Notes under the pieces: generated by a model
What the model was told of the DNA's origin: nothing
Database searches by the model: none
Seen by the model: the letters and a program-made list of their open reading frames with translations, nothing else
Origin: Vulcanimicrobiales bacterium
GTDB taxonomy: Bacteria > Vulcanimicrobiota > Vulcanimicrobiia > Vulcanimicrobiales > Vulcanimicrobiaceae
Length of the DNA: 64,000 nucleotides
Assembly: GCA_038231455.1 (NCBI GenBank)
Contig: JBBRLI010000012.1
Span: forward strand, 36,794 to 100,793
Direction: 5' to 3'
In this document: one piece after another, positions 60,047 to 64,000 of the stretch
Position numbering within the stretch: position 1 is the first letter of the stretch
Layout: every line of letters starts with the position of its first letter
Translations under genes and position numbers: made by a program

Positions 60047-60421
60047 ATGAGTACGACAATTTCGAAGACCCAGATCACCGGCATGGATCTCGCCACGTAT
60101 TTCACGGGCGATCCGGCACGATCGGTTGCCTTCTATCGCGACGTCCTCGGCCTCGAACCGACACTGGAATCACCGGATCAAGGTGCCGAATTCACCCTCG
60201 CAGACGGCCAGACGTTCGGCGTGTGGAAACCCTACGATGGCAAGACCTCGGGCGGGGCGATCATGTTCAGGGTCGGCGACGCGAAGGCCGCAGTAGAACT
60301 CTATCGATCCAAAGGCGCCCAGATCCAGGATGTAATGGAAACGCCGGTTTGTTTCATGGCTCCAGGCGTCGATCCCGATGGAAACGCATTCATCATCCAT
60401 CAGAGCAAGGCGACACACTAG
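60047..60421 (+). CDS. VOC/glyoxalase family protein
   Basis: AAGGAG RBS; SVAFYRDVLGL, IMFRVGD, DPDGN. Confidence 0.9.
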   Translation: MSTTISKTQITGMDLATYFTGDPARSVAFYRDVLGLEPTLESPDQGAEFTLADGQTFGVWKPYDGKTSGGAIMFRVGDAKAAVELYRSKGAQIQDVMETPVCFMAPGVDPDGNAFIIHQSKATH

Positions 60422-60522
60422 CGCATCGATGCGCGGGGCTAGGCAAAGGGCGCTTCAGTCGAAGTACGACGTCCTTTGTTTAGCCGAATGCCCGGTGCCG
60501 CTCTGCGGATTTCGCTCCTTGG

Positions 60523-61236
60523 TCATTTCTTGTCGTCGCGTTTCATCGACGATTCGGCAACAAAGCGCGCGACGGTGAGAGCGGTACCGATGGCAAGTCG
60601 CGCATGTCGGGGCGATGGGCTGGCCGATTGACGGAGACGAACAACCACGTCGACGAGCGGTCCGAGGTCATCGCTCTTGCGATCGAAGGCCTTGCCTGCC
60701 GCATTGACGATCGCGCCAAGATCGCTCGTCTTTTTCAGCGTTGGTTTGCCAGCCGAAGCCAACACGGTCCGGCAAAGTGATTCGACCAGCGCGATCGCTT
60801 CCACGATCGCTTCCTTTGGACGCTCGTTTGCAATGATATTGAGTCGTCGTTCGCATTCGTCGATCGATGCAAAATCCTCGATGCTCATCATCGTAAACAG
60901 AGACGCCGCAGCGGTCACCGGCCGAAATGCGCCGTTGGCAAAAATGAAGCCGTCACGTTCCGCGGCTTTCACAAGATAGTCTTGCTTTGATGTGGCGACT
61001 TCATCGATCAATGCACCAAGTGCATCACCAAGCCGATTCAGCTGCTCGGAATCCTGTTGATTCACACTTCTAACGTACCGACGAAATTGCGTTCGGCGTG
61101 CCCCGACATACTCGCCGGAGTCGTCGCCCAGCGGAATATGGGCTCGCTCAAAAGCCTGATCGAGCGGGCGTAAGGGAATCGACGCCGAGGCATCTTCGAA
61201 CGCATCAAACGTCGCTCGGCTAAACAAACTTGGCAT
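60523..61236 (-). CDS. Abortive infection C-terminal (Abi_C)-like domain protein
   Basis: C-terminal half PKEAIVEAIALVESLCRTVL...HARLAIGTALTVARFV resembles Abi_C by eye. Confidence 0.55.
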   Translation of the reverse strand: MPSLFSRATFDAFEDASASIPLRPLDQAFERAHIPLGDDSGEYVGARRTQFRRYVRSVNQQDSEQLNRLGDALGALIDEVATSKQDYLVKAAERDGFIFANGAFRPVTAAASLFTMMSIEDFASIDECERRLNIIANERPKEAIVEAIALVESLCRTVLASAGKPTLKKTSDLGAIVNAAGKAFDRKSDDLGPLVDVVVRLRQSASPSPRHARLAIGTALTVARFVAESSMKRDDKK

Positions 61237-61319
61237 TCCGGTTGTTTTCTCCACGGGTCGCTCGATGCACTGGCATACAAGGCCGTCGATGCCGGTGTAC
61301 GAGCATTCCGACGAGATTA

Positions 61320-61360
61320 TGTATATACCTTGACACTGTATATACCGCCTAGAGTATGTT
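61320..61360 (+). promoter_or_regulatory. ArsR operon promoter/operator
   Basis: TTGACA (61330-61335) flanked by two copies of TGTATATACC (61320-61329, 61337-61346); TATGTT at 61355. Confidence 0.6.
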
Positions 61361-61368
61361 AATTTTCG

Positions 61369-61701
61369 TTGGAATCAGTATTTGAAATCATCGCCGAGCC
61401 AAATCGGCGCGCGATCCTCAGCCTGCTCGTCTCCTCAAACCGCTCGGTTGGAGAGCTCGAGCGTCATCTCCGCATGTCGCAGCCGACCGTCTCGAAACAT
61501 CTGCGTGTGCTTCGAGAAGCCGGATTTGTTGAAGCCACGGTCCACGCGCAACGGCGCCTCTATCGTCTCAAACCCGAGTCCCTACGGGAAGTCGATGCGT
61601 GGCTGGAACCGTTTCGAGAGCTGTGGTCCGCGCACGTTGCTTTATTAGAAACCTATCTCGACCGGATGGAACCCGCACCGCCGAAGAAACGGAAACGCTA
61701 G
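61369..61701 (+). CDS. ArsR/SmtB family transcriptional regulator
   Basis: IAEPNRRAILSLL, SQPTVSKHLRVLREAG, RRLYRL. Confidence 0.92.
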   Translation: MESVFEIIAEPNRRAILSLLVSSNRSVGELERHLRMSQPTVSKHLRVLREAGFVEATVHAQRRLYRLKPESLREVDAWLEPFRELWSAHVALLETYLDRMEPAPPKKRKR

Positions 61702-62247
61702 ATGAGCGACGGCAAAAAATACGCGCCCGGCCCCGCGTCTATTGCGCAGGTTCGCAAAGACGGCGAGACATGGAAACTCGTCCTCACGAGATTTCTGCAC
61801 CATCCGCCCGAAAAAGTCTGGCGTGCCATTACCGAGCCTGTGCACCTGAGCGCGTGGGCTCCCTTCGATGCATCGGGTGACCTCGGAACAATTGGAGCGG
61901 TGAACCTCACCTGGGTTAGATCACCGGCGCCGATCGCAACGCGGATCACGCTGGCTGATGCTCCGCGGTTGCTCGAATACGAAACCGGCGAAAATACGAT
62001 GCGCTGGGAACTCGAAGCAAGTGACGGCGGAACGCGCCTCATGCTCTGGGCCGTGATCGATCGCCGCTACATTTCGATGGGCGCTGCCGGTTGGCACATT
62101 GCGTTCGACGTTCTCGAGCACTTGCTTGACGGAACGCCTATCGAACGCATCGCCGGCCAAGCGGCGATGCAGTTCGAGGGCTGGCACCGGCTCAACACCG
62201 AGTATGCAAAACAGTTCGGTGTCGAATTACCAAAGTGGGGCACGTAG
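61702..62247 (+). CDS. SRPBCC/AHSA1-like protein
   Basis: HPPEKVWRAITEP, PRLLEY, GGTRL, AAGWH; abuts the ArsR gene. Confidence 0.88.
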   Translation: MSDGKKYAPGPASIAQVRKDGETWKLVLTRFLHHPPEKVWRAITEPVHLSAWAPFDASGDLGTIGAVNLTWVRSPAPIATRITLADAPRLLEYETGENTMRWELEASDGGTRLMLWAVIDRRYISMGAAGWHIAFDVLEHLLDGTPIERIAGQAAMQFEGWHRLNTEYAKQFGVELPKWGT

Positions 62248-62262
62248 ATGAGGAGCAAAAGA

Positions 62263-62649
62263 ATGAACGTCGTCCTATGGATCCTTCAGTTTCTTCTCGC
62301 TATGCATACCGCCGCCGGCGCGTTGTGGAAATTCACCAGCACGCCTGCGCACACAATGGCATCGTTAGCAGCGATTCCCGAAGGGGTTTGGCTTGGGATG
62401 AGCGCCCTAGAACTGATCTGCGTTATCGCATTGATTGCCCCGGCACTCAGTAAACGGCTGGCCTATCTGGCACCGATCGCCGCGGCGTTCATCGCTCTCG
62501 AAATGCTCTTCTTTATGGGAGTGCACCTTGCGTCGGGTTCCGCGAGCATCGGACCGTTGATCTACTGGTTTGTCGTCGCTGCGGCTTCAGGATTTCTTGT
62601 TTACGGAAGACTTGTGCTCAAGCCCGTTCGTCGAGGCGAGTTCGCTTAA
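62263..62649 (+). CDS. DoxX-like membrane protein
   Basis: MNVVLWILQFLLA...K, ALELI, four TM helices; AGGAG RBS. Confidence 0.8.
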   Translation: MNVVLWILQFLLAMHTAAGALWKFTSTPAHTMASLAAIPEGVWLGMSALELICVIALIAPALSKRLAYLAPIAAAFIALEMLFFMGVHLASGSASIGPLIYWFVVAAASGFLVYGRLVLKPVRRGEFA

Positions 62650-62712
62650 GCAAATAAGCGAACCGGGAGACGCTTCCCGCCGATCCGAATAGATCGCATG
62701 AAGGAGACCAAC

Positions 62713-63120
62713 ATGCTCTCACGTCTTCAATTCGCAACCTGTGTGTTTTGCGCGGCAGGCGGCGTTCTCGCCGCCGAAGTCGGCGCACCGGCCCAAGGGG
62801 CAGGCTTCACCCGCACGGTTATCAATCGCCAAGAGTTTCCCGGCGACACGATGGTGACGTTGCAAGTGCAAGTCGACATCGATCCGGGGTATCTCGTCGC
62901 GGCGCACACGCATCCCGGCGCGGAACTTGGCTACATCCTCGATGGCGGCGGCACGTTCGGGATGAAAGGCGTTGCCGATCGCACCGTTAAGCCCGGCGAT
63001 GCATTTTCCGTTCCTCCGGCGACGCCCCACTTTTTGCAAAATGGTTCGGCCAAAACGCGCGTCCTCTCGGTATATGTCGTCGATAAAAGCAAACCGCTCG
63101 CGACGCCGGCCGTGGTCTAG
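62713..63120 (+). CDS. Secreted cupin domain protein
   Basis: AAGGAG RBS; HTHPGAE, PPATPH, VYVVDKSKPLA. Confidence 0.85.
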   Translation: MLSRLQFATCVFCAAGGVLAAEVGAPAQGAGFTRTVINRQEFPGDTMVTLQVQVDIDPGYLVAAHTHPGAELGYILDGGGTFGMKGVADRTVKPGDAFSVPPATPHFLQNGSAKTRVLSVYVVDKSKPLATPAVV

Positions 63121-63125
63121 CGCTA

Positions 63126-63467
63126 CTAGCTCAGAGCATCGGCGAGCGAGACACTTTCCGCAACCGGTAACGCGGCGGCGGAAGCCAATTCTTGAAGGGC
63201 GGCGACGTGCGAGGCGAACGCTTGGCGTCCAGTACGCGTTAACGCGATTCGCGTCCGGACGTGGCCCGCAGCTGCGGCTTTTTGCAACTTCACATAACCA
63301 GCGTCTTCAAGCTGCTTCAAATGCTTCGAGAGGACCGAATCGCTCACGCCCGTTATCTCGCGTAGTGTTGCAAACTCCGCATCACTAACCGACGCGAGCG
63401 TCGCTGCGATTCGTAAACGCACGGGCGCGTGGATAATCGGGTCCAGTTGCGGAGCACGGTTTTTCAC
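63126..63467 (-). CDS. Winged-helix (HTH_34/MarR-like) transcriptional regulator
   Basis: DPIIHAPVRLRI, SDSVLSKHLKQLEDAGYV, LTRTGRQAF. Confidence 0.88.
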   Translation of the reverse strand: MKNRAPQLDPIIHAPVRLRIAATLASVSDAEFATLREITGVSDSVLSKHLKQLEDAGYVKLQKAAAAGHVRTRIALTRTGRQAFASHVAALQELASAAALPVAESVSLADALS

Positions 63468-63481
63468 GTCCGGAAACTGTT

Positions 63482-63925
63482 TTAGGCCGATTCAAATTCG
63501 GAGCGATAGGTGTCTTGCCAACGTCTCATCGCGACGAAAATGATCGGCACGACGACCGCCCCTCCGAGGATCGGCGCCCAAAAGACGTCCCGCTCGATTT
63601 TGAGCCAGAGACTCGTGAGGTAGATCGTCTCGATGATGACGAGAAGGCCGATTGCGATCTTGCGCGTCTTCCCTTTACGATAACCGTTGACAAAAAATCC
63701 CATACGTCGGCGCGCAACGATCGCCATGGCAATGATTGCGGCAAAACAGCTTATGGACAACACGAGTGCAATGAAACCCGGAGCAGCCTGAGCTGCGAAA
63801 GCGCCTCCGCACAACGTAGCCATAGTAAAGCGCCACGCGGGCGAACATTCAGCGCGAACCGCAAGATCACGTCGGACGGCCTGGACGTGCTCGATCGATG
63901 CACGAGCATCTTCGGTTGTGATCAC
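63482..63925 (-). CDS. Four-TM membrane protein co-transcribed with the wHTH regulator
   Basis: Four hydrophobic segments; GAGGA before the GTG start. Confidence 0.75.
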   Translation of the reverse strand: MITTEDARASIEHVQAVRRDLAVRAECSPAWRFTMATLCGGAFAAQAAPGFIALVLSISCFAAIIAMAIVARRRMGFFVNGYRKGKTRKIAIGLLVIIETIYLTSLWLKIERDVFWAPILGGAVVVPIIFVAMRRWQDTYRSEFESA

Positions 63926-63934
63926 ATCATCCTC

Positions 63935-63984
63935 ACTTTCCAGTATGGAAAGTAGTATACTGAGCACTTTCCATTTCGTCAAGT
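63935..63984 (-). promoter_or_regulatory. Sigma70-type promoter with two operator copies
   Basis: Minus-strand TTGACG (63982-63977)-17-TATACT (63959-63954); perfect palindrome ACTTTCCA-gta-TGGAAAGT (63935-63953); degenerate copy 63966-63984. Confidence 0.8.
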
Positions 63985-64000
63985 GGGTATCGGACGGGCC

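Overview
64-kb stretch of a GC-rich (~62% by eye) bacterial chromosome. The gene types (Vgb-like propeller lipoprotein, orphan peptide-binding protein, many short secreted proteins) suggest a soil bacterium such as Eremiobacterota/Vulcanimicrobiota; this is an inference. 1-11.9 kb: a Liv-type ABC importer divergent from a pim-like beta-oxidation cluster that also carries an ACAD10-type kinase and an SDR. 12-21 kb: a four-carbon acid-sugar kinase/PdxA2 pair, a P450, an MmyB-type regulator with an FAD oxidoreductase, an M13 peptidase and glutamine synthetase. The rest is a mosaic of hydrolases and peptidases (GH5, M3, two S10, S45, amidohydrolase, phosphoesterase), a BVMO/esterase pair, a photolyase, a two-component system, a diguanylate cyclase, oxyR-katG, WYL/VOC, an Abi_C-like gene and small regulator modules. 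I found no rRNA, tRNA, CRISPR array, transposase or integrase. The most unusual signal is a ~165-bp branched palindrome at 22072-22235. It sits at the centre of a strand-specific, distance-dependent shift in codon third positions in both flanking genes, and one of those genes carries two frameshifts. Four membrane micropeptide ORFs are missed or misassigned by the ORF track, and a CGAA motif recurs just upstream of several start codons.
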